DNA of 60,879 nucleotides, filler included, from Nemertoderma westbladi (taxonomy: Eukaryota > Animalia > Xenacoelomorpha): the NCBI GenBank assembly GCA_032718475.1. It is 3 parts of 3 records of this genome, joined end to end, with 100 filler letters (N's around TTAATTAATTAA, not from the genome) between each part and the next. Parts side by side here need not be neighbours in the genome. Positions count along the whole stretch, not along the records: positions 1 to 23,489 come from JAUCBJ010005205.1; positions 23,590 to 52,412 come from JAUCBJ010005178.1; 1 more part is not named here. One strand, 5' to 3'. The translations under genes and the position numbers were made by a program. Below are positions 15,001 to 25,434 of the stretch, in pieces. Each line of letters opens with the position of its first letter. The stretch's first letter is position 1. Below the pieces are notes generated by a model. That model did no database searches. It saw only the letters and a program-made list of their open reading frames with translations, and had not been told where the DNA came from.

Positions 15001-18000
15001 CAATAAGGGCGAGAGAACTCCTCCTTGCTGGAGATCGTTTATATAGAGTAGAAACAATAAGGGCGAGAGAACTCCTCCTTGCGGGAGATCGTTTATATAG
15101 AGTAGAAACAATAAGGGCGAGAGAACTCCTCCTTGCGGGAGATCTTTTATATAGAGTAGAAACAATAAGGGCGAGAGAACTCCTTGTGGGAGATCGTTTA
15201 TATAGAGTAGAAACAATAAGGGCGAGAGAACTCCTCCTTGCGGGAGATCGTTTATATAGAGTAGAAACAATAAGGGCGAGAGAACTCCTCCTTGCTGGAG
15301 ATCGTTTATATAGAGTAGAAACAATAAGGGCGAGAGAACTCCTCCTTGCGGGAGATCGTTTATATAGAGTAGAAACAATAAGGGCGAGAGAACTCCTCCT
15401 TGCTGGAGATCGTTTATATAGAGTAGAAACAATAAGGGCGAGAGAACTCCTCCTTGCTGGAGATCGTTTATATAGAGTAGAAACAATAAGGGCGAGAGAA
15501 CTCCTCCTTGCGGGAGATCGTTTATATAGAGTAGAAACAATAAGGGCGAGAGAACTCCTCCTTGCGGGAGATCGTTTATATAGAGTAGAAACAATAAGGG
15601 CGAGAGAACTCCTCCTTGCGGGAGATCGTTTATATAGAGTAGAAACAATAAGGGCGAGAGAACTCCTCCTTGTGGGAGATCGTTTATATAGAGTAGAAAC
15701 AATAAGGGTGAGAGAACTCCTCCTTGCGGGAGATCGTTTATATAGAGTAGAAACAATAAGGGCGAGAGAACTCCTCCTTGCGGGAGATCGTTTATATAGA
15801 GTAGAAACAATAAGGGCGAGAGAACTCCTCCTTGCGGGAGATCGTTTATATAGAGTAGAAACAATAAGGGCGAGAGAACTCCTCCTTGCGGGAGATCGTT
15901 TATATAGAGTAGAAACAATAAGCGCGAGAGAACTCCTCCTTGTGGGAGATCGTTTATATAGAGTAGAAACAATAAGGGCGAGAGAACTCCTCCTTGCGGG
16001 AGATCGTTTATATAGAGTAGAAACAATAAGGGCGAGAGAACTCCTCCTTGCGGGAGATCGTTTATATAGAGTAGAAACAATAAGGGCGAGAGAACTCCTC
16101 CTTGCGGGAGATCGTTTATATAGAGTAGAAACAATAAGGGCGAGAGAACTCCTCCTTGTGGGTGATCGTTTATATAGAGTAGAAACAATAAGGGCGAGAG
16201 AACTCCTCCTTGTGGGAGATCGTTTATATAGAGTAGAAACAATAAGGGCGAGAGAACTCCTCCTTGCGGGAGATCGTTTATATAGAGTAGAAACAATAAG
16301 GGCGAGAGAACTCCTCCTTGTGGGAGATCGTTTATATAGAGTAGAAACAATAAGGGCGAGAGAACTCCTCCTTGCGGGAGATCGTTTATATAGAGTAGAA
16401 ACAATAAGAGCGAGAGAACTCCTCCTTGCGGGAGATCGTTTATATAGAGTAGAAACAATAAGGGCGAGAGAACTCCTCCTTGCGGGAGATCGTTTATATA
16501 GAGTAGAAACAATAAGGGCGAGAGAACTCCTCCTTGCGGGAGATCGTTTATATAGAGTAGAAACAATAAGGGTGAGAGAACTCCTCCTTGCGGGAGATCG
16601 TTTATATAGAGTAGAAACAATAAGGGTGAGAGAACTCCTCCTTGCTGGAGATCGTTTATATAGAGTAGAAACAATAAGGGCGAGAGAACTCCTCCTTGCG
16701 GGAGATCGTTTATATAGATTAGAAACAATAAGGGCGAGAGAACTCCTCCTTGTGGGAGATCGTTTATATAGAGTAGAAACAATAAGGGCGAGAGAACTCC
16801 TCCTTGCGGGAGATCGTTTATATAGAGTAGAAACAATAAGGGCGAGAGAACTCCTCCTTGCGGGAGATCGTTTATATAGAGTGGAAACAATAAGGGCGAG
16901 AGAACTCCTCCTTGCGGGAGATCGTTTATATAGAGTAGAAACAATAAGGGCGAGAGAACTCCTCCTTGCGGGAGATCGTTTATATAGAGTAGAAACAATA
17001 AGGGCGAGAGAACTCCTCCTTGCGGGAGATCGTTTATATAGAATAGAAACAATAAGGGCGAGAGAACTCCTCCTTGCGGGAGATCGTTTATATAGAGTAG
17101 AAACAATAAGGGTGAGAGAACTCCTCCTTGCGGGAGATCGTTTATATAGAGTAGAAACAATAAGGGCGAGAGAACTCCTCCTTGCGGGAGATCGTTTATA
17201 TAGAGTAGAAACAATAAGGGCGAGAGAACTCCTCCTTGCGGGAGATCGTTTATATAGAGTAGAAACAATAAGGGTGAGAGAACTCCTCCTTGCGGGAGAT
17301 CGTTTATATAGAGTAGAAACAATAAGGGCGAGAGAACTCCTCCTTGCGGGAGATCGTTTATATAGAGTAGAAACAATAAGGGCGAGAGAACTCCTCCTTG
17401 CGGGAGATCGTTTATATAGAGTAGAAACAATAAGGGCGAGAGAACTCCTCCTTGCGGGAGATCGTTTATATAGAGTAGAAACAATAAGGGCGAGAGAACT
17501 CCTCCTTGCGGGAGATCGTTTATATAGAGTAGAAACAATAAGCGCGAGAGAACTCCTCCTTGCGGGAGATCGTTTATATAGAGTAGAAACAATAAGCGCG
17601 AGAGAACTCCTCCTTGCGGGAGATCGTTTATATAGAGTAGAAACAATAAGGGCGAGAGAACTCCTCCTTGCGGGAGATCGTTTATATAGAGTAGAAACAA
17701 TAAGGGCGAGAGAACTCCTCCTTGCGGGAGATCGTTTATATAGAGTAGAAACAATAAGGGCGAGAGAACTCCTCCTTGCGGGAGATCGTTTATATAGAGT
17801 AGAAACAATAAGGGCGAGAGAACTCCTCCTTGTGGGAGATCGTTTATATAGAGTAGAAACAATAAGGGCGAGAGAACTCCTCCTTGCGGGAGATCGTTTA
17901 TATAGAGTAGAAACAATAAGGGCGAGAGAACTCCTCCTTGTGGGAGATCGTTTATATAGAGTAGAAACAATAAGGGCGAGAGAACTCATCCTTGCGGGAG

Positions 18001-19728
18001 ATCGTTTATATAGAGTAGAAACAATAAGGGCGAGAGAACTCCTCCTTGCGGGAGATCGTTTATATAGAGTAGAAACAATAAGGGCGAGAGAACTCCTCCT
18101 TGTGGGAGATCGTTTATATAGAGTAGAAACAATAAGGGCGAGAGAACTCCTCCTTGCGGGAGATCGTTTATATAGAGTAGAAACAATAAGGGCGAGAGAA
18201 CTCCTCCTTGTGGGAGATCGTTTATATAGAGTAGAAACAATAAGGGCGAGAGAACTCCTCCTTGCGGGAGATCGTTTATATAGAGTAGAAACAATAAGGG
18301 CGAGAGAACTCCTCCTTGCGGGAGATCGTTTATATAGAGTAGAAACAATAAGGGCGAGAGAATTCCTCCTTGCTGGAGATCGTTTATATAGAGTAGAAAC
18401 AATAAGGGCGAGAGAACTCCTCCTTGCTGGAGATCGTTTATATAGAGTAGAAACAATAAGAGCGAGAGAACTCCTCCTTGTGGGAGATCTTTTATATAGA
18501 GTAGAAACAATAAGGGCGAGAGAACTCCTCCTTGCGGGAGATCGTTTATATAGAGTAGAAACAATAAGGGCGAGAGAACTCCTCCTTGCGGGAGATCGTT
18601 TATATAGAGTAGAAACAATAAGGGCGAGAGAACTCCTCCTTGCGGGAGATCGTTTATATAGAGTAGAAACAATAAGGGCGAGAAAACTCCTCCTTGCTGG
18701 AGATCGTTTATATAGAGTAGAAGCAATAAGGGCGAGAGAACTCCTCCTTGCGGGAGATCGTTTATATAGAGTAGAAACAATAAGGGCGAGAGAACTCCTC
18801 CTTGCGGGAGATCGTTTATATAGAGTAGAAACAATAAGGGCGAGAGAACTCCTCCTTGCGGGAGATCGTTTATATAGAGTAGAAACAATAAGGGCGAGAG
18901 AACTCCTCCTTGCGGGAGATCGTTTATATAGAGTAGAAACAATAAGGGCGAGAGAACTCCTCCTTGCGGGAGATCGTTTATATAGAGTAGAAACAATAAG
19001 CGCGAGAGAACTCCTCCTTGCGGGAGATCGTTTATATAGAGTAGAAACAATAAGGGCGAGAGAACTCCTCCTTGCTGGAGATCGTTTATATAGAGTAGAA
19101 ACAATAAGGGCGAGAAAACTCCTCCTTGCGGGAGATCGTTTATATAGAGTAGAAACAATAAGGGCGAGAGAACTCCTCCTTGTGGGAGATCGTTTATATA
19201 GAGTAGAAACAATAAGGGCGAGAGAACTCCTCCTTGCGGGAGATCGTTTATATAGAGTAGAAACAATAAGGGCGAGAGAACTCCTCCTTGCGGGAGATCG
19301 TTTATATAGAGTAGAAACAATAAGGGCGAGAGAACTCCTCCTTGCGGGAGATCGTTTATATAGAGTAGAAACAATAAGGGCGAGAGAACTCCTCCTTGCG
19401 GGAGATCGTTTATATAGAGTAGAAACAATAAGGGCGAGAGAACTCCTCCTTGCTGGAGATCGTTTATATAGAGTAGAAACAATAAGGGCGAGAGAACTCC
19501 TCCTTGCGGGAGATCGTTTATATAGAGTAGAAACAATAAGGGCGAGAGAACTCCTCCTTGTGGGAGATCGTTTATATAGAGTAGAAACAATAAGGGCGAG
19601 AGAACTCCTCCTTGCGGGAGATCGTTTATATAGAGTAGAAACAATAAGGGCGAGAGAACTCCTCCTTGCGGGAGATCGTTTATATAGAGTAGAAACAATA
19701 AGGGCGAGAGAACTCCTCCTTGCGGGAG
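1..19728. repeat. 54-bp tandem satellite (~365 copies), unit AACTCCTCCTTGCGGGAGATCGTTTATATAGAGTAGAAACAATAAGGGCGAGAG, derived from a non-LTR reverse transcriptase motif
   Basis: Direct 54-bp periodicity. Copies are identical from 1 to ~6060 (first variant at 6062). The minus strand reads PQGGVLSPLLFLLYINDL, matching the LINE RT consensus G[VL]PQGSVLSPLLF.LYINDLP. The array runs off the left edge of the window. Confidence 0.98.
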
Positions 19729-19734
19729 CCCAAG

Positions 19735-19845
19735 CACAATAGAACAGGTTACAGTTTTATTTTTGAGAATAATCAGCAGTTATTTGCGTCGAATTTCCCC
19801 TGGAGAGGGATGAATTTTTATTGCGTCCAGTCCTCCCTATCTGCT
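19735..19845. repeat. Dispersed ~100-bp repeat abutting the satellite; other copies at ~33139-33222 (same orientation) and ~45019-45111 (inverted)
   Basis: The core TTGCGTC...CCTGGAGAGGGATGAATTTT.ATTGCGTC is shared by the three loci. CACAATAGAACAGGTTACAGTTTTATTTTTGAG is the reverse complement of 45079-45111. Confidence 0.8.
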
Positions 19846-20076
19846 CGATTAATAAAAGTCTAGTTTCAAGGAATTATCATTTTTATTATCTATTAAAGTG
19901 ATTGTATAGCAAACACAGTATTACAATAATGACAATGTAATGACAATTAATACGAACATTACCGAAAAAATTGCCTGTGAAACTCTAGGAATAATCATAT
20001 TATTTTAATATTTCCAGTTTCGCGGTACACCCCCACCCCGCCCGATGTTAATTATATTACTATTACAGTACCGGTT

Positions 20077-20688
20077 CTAGGTCGAGCATACTCGGACAGT
20101 GGAAATGAGATCCTTCCAGGCTTCCCGATTCTCCATAGTTGTCGCAATTTCGTTTCTCCCAAGTTCTCAAGTTCAGTATCCCTTTCAAGTTGATCTACAT
20201 GTTATGGCCGGTCGTCCACAACTACGCTTTCCATGAGTTGGTTGCCAGAAAAGTAGATATGGTAAGACCTCGTATTTACTTCGCCAGCAGTGCCCACTGA
20301 ATCTTAATCTGCATTCACGGAGGGTGGTTGATACAGGTGGTATTGTACCATAAAGCTCGGCGTTTATCATGTGTTGTCTCCAGCTGATGTTTAGGGCTGC
20401 CCTTAGTAGTCTTGTGTAGCAACCATCAATTTGTTGTTCAATGATTTCGTCAGTGTCCAGGTCACACCCCCGTATAAAATACACTTTAATTTCCACTGTG
20501 GCTCAAAAGAACTTAGTGTTCTGGTGCCTGGAAAGGTCTTATTACCCCACCCGATTATTTTTTAATAGAGCTACCCATGCCTTTGCTTTTCTAACTTCCA
20601 TGTCTTTTTGCTACTCAATGGTTGTCAAGTTTCCATCAACATTAAAGGTCACGAATTCGGTCTTGGTAGCATTTATGTGCAATCCAAC
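20077..20688 (-). mobile_element. RTE-clade LINE 3' fragment (same family as 55057-58719), internally deleted
   Basis: Near-identical to 55069-55681 plus 56393-56440. Translates to ...DGCYTRLLRAALNISWRQHM...RLRFSGHCWRSK, a typical RTE C-terminus. Confidence 0.9.
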
Positions 20689-20979
20689 AATTAATGATTA
20701 AAACAAAAGGTCTATATACCTTTCTAGTTGGAGGAAAATTGACTAAAATACTTTGCATTACACGTTTGAAAAAAGTAAAATTCAGAAATAACCAAAAATC
20801 AATGAATATATTTCGTGCTGCGCGAAGCGGAAAAAGATGACATTGACATTTTTTTTGTTTAAAGTTGGTCACTATAGGTTGAAAAATGACTGTTAAATTT
20901 TTTGGAGCGTTCCCACAAGAATTGGCGAGGGGGGAAACGGTTTTTTTCAAGGGTACGGATTTACAATAGAATGAACAGA

Positions 20980-21080
20980 ACTATAATCCAATGCCCGCGA
21001 CAATTACCTCTGGTATTCCATAAGCTCCTAGGATTTCCAGCATTTTACCTCTATGGATTGAGTCGAATACTTTCTTGAAG
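20980..21080 (-). mobile_element. Short RT-domain fragment of the same RTE family
   Basis: CAATTACCTCTGGTATTCCATAAGCTCCTAGGATTTCCAGCATTTTACCTCTATGGAT matches 56763-56840. Confidence 0.8.
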
Positions 21081-21363
21081 TTTTAAATATTGGAGTGATA
21101 TAAATTGAACAATTATTATTTATTGGACGAAATATCTTTTTTTGATTTAGCGGGATTTTTAAAAGAACAGTTTTACAGGATGTAGGCTAACATGCAGTCT
21201 TTGTTGTTTTTACATTAACTGTGCGCCAGTCAGCCAGTGTCCTGACAGAGTGCTACTGTTGTATTTTCTACTTTAGGCCTACACCATGTGTACTAATTAT
21301 TTGTCGTGCCAATACGCTGTAAGTCACCCAACTTAAGCGAAATTATTCATTTAATGGCCTATT

Positions 21364-22779
21364 ATGGCTGCAAGTGGTATATCTGAAACACAGGAAGCAG
21401 ACGATCACATTAAAAATGCAATCGAAAAGGATAAGAAAAAGGACTACAAATCGGCCCTGCGTCACTACGAGAAGGCTGTAGAATGTTATCTAAATGACAT
21501 CAGGAATAAATCTTTGGACAAAACCAAAAGGCATTACATTCGTGCCAAATGCGACAAATACCTGAATCGTGCGGAAAAACTAAAAAGTTTCATTAGGCCT
21601 ATGGGCCCAGAAAATTTATCTCTAACTCCGATACTAACAGCGGCTGCGGCTGATAAACCTACAGCCGTGCGGCCGTTATTTCCAACTCATAAACCAACAT
21701 CCCAATGGTCTGAGTCTCTTCGGCTCAGGGTTAGATCTATCGCTAGTGGAAGTAAACCTGCCGCTACCGGAAGTAGGCCTACTAAGGATCCAGGCAGTAA
21801 AACATCTGGTGAAGAATTTCAAAACAAACTGAGTGACACCATTGTCGTGGAAACCCCCAACGTTAGTTGGGATGATGTGGCCGGATTGGAACTCGCTAAA
21901 CAGTCCCTTAAAGAGGCCGTCATCCTCCCTATGAAGTTCCCGGAACTGTTCCAAACCGGTAGACGTGAGCCGTGGCGTGGAATCCTGTTGTTCGGTCCTC
22001 CGGGGACCGGGAAGTCCTTCCTAGCGAAGGCGTTGGCGACAGCCGCGAAGGGAACCACGTTTATTAGCGCAACTTCTTCGGATCTCCTGTCGAAATGGTT
22101 GGGAGAGAGCGAGAAACTCGTGCGGGGTTTATTTGAGTTGGCGAGGAGGCGGCGGCCTTCCATCGTGTTCATCGATGAGGTTGATGCGCTATGTGGAAGT
22201 CGGTTGGATACGGAGTCGGAGTCGGCTCGACGCGTTAAGACCGAGTTCCTGGTGCAGATGGACGGCGTGCGAGGCGGCTCTGAGGGGGTCCTAGTGCTGG
22301 GCGCGACCAACCTCCCCTGGGAGTTGGATCCCGCTCTCAGACGACGCTTCGAGAAACGCGTCTACATCCCGCTACCGGACGCCGACGCTCGGAACAAACT
22401 CTTCCGAGTCGGAGGATCCGCGAATCTGTCCGACGATGACTTCCTCGAGCTGTCTCGTCGTTCCCATGGTTATTCCGGTTCCGATATTGCCGTGGTCGTC
22501 CATGAGGCGCTCATGCTTCCACTACGATCCATCCAGCAATCGGAATACTTCCGCCTCGTCTCCGATGAAGCCGGTAATCTCTACGAATGTTGTTCTCCTA
22601 AATCTCCCGGTGCAGTAAAGATGACGTGGAACGACGTTCCTGCCAATAAACTGCGGGAACCGCCACTGACACCGAAGGATTTGTTTATGGCTCTCTCCAA
22701 CACTCCCCCCTCTGTCGCCCAAGACGAACTCGCACGCTACGAAACTTTCCTAAATAATTTTGGTCAACGAGGAACTTAA
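21364..22779 (+). CDS. VPS4: Vacuolar protein sorting 4-like AAA ATPase (MIT + AAA + Vps4_C), single exon, 471 aa
   Basis: N-terminal MIT-like helices (YEKAVECYL...IRAKCDKYLNRAEKLK), PNVSWDDVAGLE, Walker A GPPGTGKS, pore loop SKWLGESEKLV, Walker B IVFIDEVD, VLGATNLPWELD, arginine fingers RRRFEKR, beta-domain and C-terminal FGQ. Confidence 0.92.
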   Translation: MAASGISETQEADDHIKNAIEKDKKKDYKSALRHYEKAVECYLNDIRNKSLDKTKRHYIRAKCDKYLNRAEKLKSFIRPMGPENLSLTPILTAAAADKPTAVRPLFPTHKPTSQWSESLRLRVRSIASGSKPAATGSRPTKDPGSKTSGEEFQNKLSDTIVVETPNVSWDDVAGLELAKQSLKEAVILPMKFPELFQTGRREPWRGILLFGPPGTGKSFLAKALATAAKGTTFISATSSDLLSKWLGESEKLVRGLFELARRRRPSIVFIDEVDALCGSRLDTESESARRVKTEFLVQMDGVRGGSEGVLVLGATNLPWELDPALRRRFEKRVYIPLPDADARNKLFRVGGSANLSDDDFLELSRRSHGYSGSDIAVVVHEALMLPLRSIQQSEYFRLVSDEAGNLYECCSPKSPGAVKMTWNDVPANKLREPPLTPKDLFMALSNTPPSVAQDELARYETFLNNFGQRGT

Positions 22780-22924
22780 TAGAATAATTAACTACATTTA
22801 AGATAATTTTCTAAATTTATTTTCATATTATTTTTTTTATATTATTATTAATGTTTCCCATTGGAATTGGATTGTAATCAATTACCTTTTGCAATATATA
22901 CTAATTAATCCTAAAAATTAGCAG

Positions 22925-23005
22925 CTTGGTCTAGTGATGACATTCCTTGGCTTCCAACCAGGAAACCTGGTTTGATCCCTAGATGGGGCAGCACTGTTTG
23001 GGCTA
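22925..23005 (+). mobile_element. tRNA-derived SINE head (degenerate copy of the element at 30170-30418)
   Basis: A-box-like TGGTCTAGTGATG and B-box-like GGTTTGATCCC, followed by AGATGGGGCAGCACTGTTTGGGC, which is shared with the reverse-strand copy at ~30340-30418. Confidence 0.7.
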
Positions 23006-23489
23006 GTCAGATCCGGTTTCGGCTGGATTTAAATTTTTTGGCTGGATTTCCATTTCAACGAATTGTTGACAAAATTTACAATTAATGTAAATTAAAAAAG
23101 AAAAAACATCAATAAATTTTCTTTTAAATTCAAACAAATTTTAACCTAAGCATCATATTCATTAATATTATGAATAATGATAGAGTCTAAAGCAGAGCTA
23201 TATGCTATTATGACTATCTATCTACATGGTGAGCGGACTGATTGCAGTATTCTGAGTGAGTACTGTAATAACCCAGCAAGTGGGAGGCGTATAAAATATA
23301 AGATCGGAAAGGATCAGGGTACTGGAACAACCCAATAAAGATAGTAGCGACATCGAAACCCGCAATGGCAACCCAATACGCATACACTAGAACTTTAAAT
23401 CTTATGGACAGTGCGGGTATTGCCGTATTGAACCACTTATTTTCGCTGTGTCATTAGGACCTGAAACCTTTCTTCCTGTGAATGCGATC

Positions 23490-23589
23490 NNNNNNNNNNN
23501 NNNNNNNNNNNNNNNNNNNNNNNNNNNNNNNNNTTAATTAATTAANNNNNNNNNNNNNNNNNNNNNNNNNNNNNNNNNNNNNNNNNNNN
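23490..23589. other. Assembly gap / contig linker (N44-TTAATTAATTAA-N44)
   Basis: Exactly 100 bp with a central six-frame-stop linker; identical to the second gap. Confidence 0.98.
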
Positions 23590-24040
23590 GACTGGTACCT
23601 ATTTGGTCTGCGGACTTAGCAAGAAAGCTATGATTTTCGATTAATTAAAAAAATAAGTACAACAAAATAAAATGGCAATATTTACATTACTGTACATTAC
23701 TAACCTAAACTACTGTATACTTACTGTATGCACCACATTTTCACACGTAGTAAGCCGTACAGTAGTGACATCAAATTTAGAAAACCTCACTAAACTGCTA
23801 AAAGTACAGGTAGTCTTTGTAATACTATTTATATGAGGTAGTAGCAGTAGCCCAGTAGGTATATTTGGTATTATGTATCAAAGTTATGATTAATTAAAAA
23901 ATACGTACTACAAAGTAAAATGGCAATATTTAGCCTAACCTAAACTACTGTATAATTAAGCTACTTTTGAAACTACCCAAGTAAACTGAAAACAATTAAA
24001 AAAATTTTGCCATTTAAATGGAAGTTCAGTCCAAAATTAA

Positions 24041-25232
24041 GGGTATAAACGTTAAGCAGACAGTGGTGCAGACACCTGATGCGGACAGTGGTGCAGACAC
24101 CTGGTGCGGACGGTGGTGCAGACACTGGTGCAGACAGTGGTGCAGACAGTGGTGCAGACACAGGTGCAGACAGTGGTGCAGACAGTGATGCAGACAGTGG
24201 TGCAGCGTGTAGACAGTGGTTCAGACACTGGTGCAGACAGTGGTGCAGACAGTGATGCAGACTCTGGTGCAGACACTGGTGCAGACAGTGGTGCAGACAG
24301 TGATGCAGACTCTGGTGCAGACACTGGTGCAGACAGTGGTGCAGACAGGGTGCAGAAAGTGGTGCAGACACTGGTGCAGACACTGGTGCAGACAGCAGAC
24401 ACCTGGTGAAAATACTGAAATACCAGAGTAGGCCTACCACAAACACAATAGGCTACCACCAGGCACTATTATCTACAAATAGGCGAGTAACTACTGAAAG
24501 GTTTTACATGAAGTAGGGAGGACGTATGTCAGTATGTAGTACAAGTCGGGGTGCGTGGGGGTGAATGTGCCCTAATTACAGTACAAATATTTATAAGTGG
24601 TGTGTACGAAAGTAATTAATCGGTATTCCCGTTTTCATATAAACAATAATGTCTATAAATTGTAAGCAGCAATGTTTTCAAAGGAATGAGGTTTAAGCGA
24701 CAGTGTTTGATTGTTTATACATGACCTACCGGTACCTTATACAGAGTGTGTTTAATTTGTTTACCTTTACTGGAGCCACTGCTTATTACTGTATAATAAA
24801 ACGAGCTCATTAAGTATTGTCTCATGCTGGGGATATACATTCACTAACTACAGTAAGGTCTCTGGAATTCTTAGCCCGCGAGTATTCTTAGCCTGCGAGT
24901 ATTCTTGGCCCTTGGGTATTCTTAGCCAGCAAAACAATAACGTTTATTGTTTTGGTTCCCCCAATCTGCCAATACTCCTCTGAAACGTGCTCCTTTACTA
25001 AACTACTAAACTGCTCCTTTACTAACCTGCTCGTCCCTTTACTAACCTGCTCGCCCCTTTACTGTCTGCACCAGTGTCTGCACCAGACTGTCTGCACCAC
25101 TGTCTGCACCATTGTCTGCACCAATGTCTGCACAACTGTCTGCACCACTGTCTGCACGACTGCACCACTGTCTGCACCACTGACTGCACCTACTGTCTGC
25201 TCTGCACCAGTGCCTGCTTAACGTTTATACCC
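24041..25232. mobile_element. Non-autonomous Foldback/Mutator-like DNA element with 12-bp minisatellite arms
   Basis: TIRs GGGTATAAACGTTAAGCAG (24041) and CTGCTTAACGTTTATACCC (ends 25232). Arms are (GGTGCAGACAGT)n at 24056-24407 and the inverted (ACTGTCTGCACC)n at 25062-25216. A 9-bp TSD CAAAATTAA lies at 24032-24040 and 25233-25241. Confidence 0.88.
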
Positions 25233-25359
25233 CAAAATTAATTAGTACAACGATGGACAGATTGATTAGTCATACTGTCTTCTGGTCTTAGCTCAATCAG
25301 TCAATGTAATACTTGGAATATTTAGCAAAGTTTGCTCCGGGCTTCTGCAGTATCAATTG

Positions 25360-25434
25360 CAGAAGCCGAACCGAACCGAAATTGCCAAACTTCGGCCCGA
25401 ACCGAACCGAAGCCGAAGCTTCTGTTGAGCCCTA
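25360..25434. repeat. CCGAA-rich subterminal repeats ending in CCCTA (hAT-like MITE end)
   Basis: Clustered CCGAA/CCGAAG motifs ending at GAGCCCTA. Only one end was recognised. Confidence 0.4.

Noticed and set aside
1-19728. CRISPR array or functional reverse transcriptase gene
   Set aside because: There are no unique spacers. Only one RT motif is present, with no YADD or other domains, and the context is eukaryotic.
6436-19742. Giant ORFs (up to 2196 aa) on both strands as real genes
   Set aside because: They result from a stop-free 54-bp unit. The starts are non-ATG, there are no unique domains, and sporadic stops occur in both frames.
21676-22722. Antisense and alternate-frame ORFs over VPS4 (also over NIFK and the LINEs)
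   Set aside because: They are shadow ORFs of coding sequence with no independent motifs.
23490-23589. TTAATTAATTAA palindrome as a biological motif
   Set aside because: It is centred in an exactly 100-bp N gap and repeated identically at 52413-52512, so it is an artificial linker.
23973-25221. Low-complexity ORFs (SAPL, CTTV, VQTV repeats)
   Set aside because: They are translations of the 12-bp minisatellite arms of the Foldback-like element.
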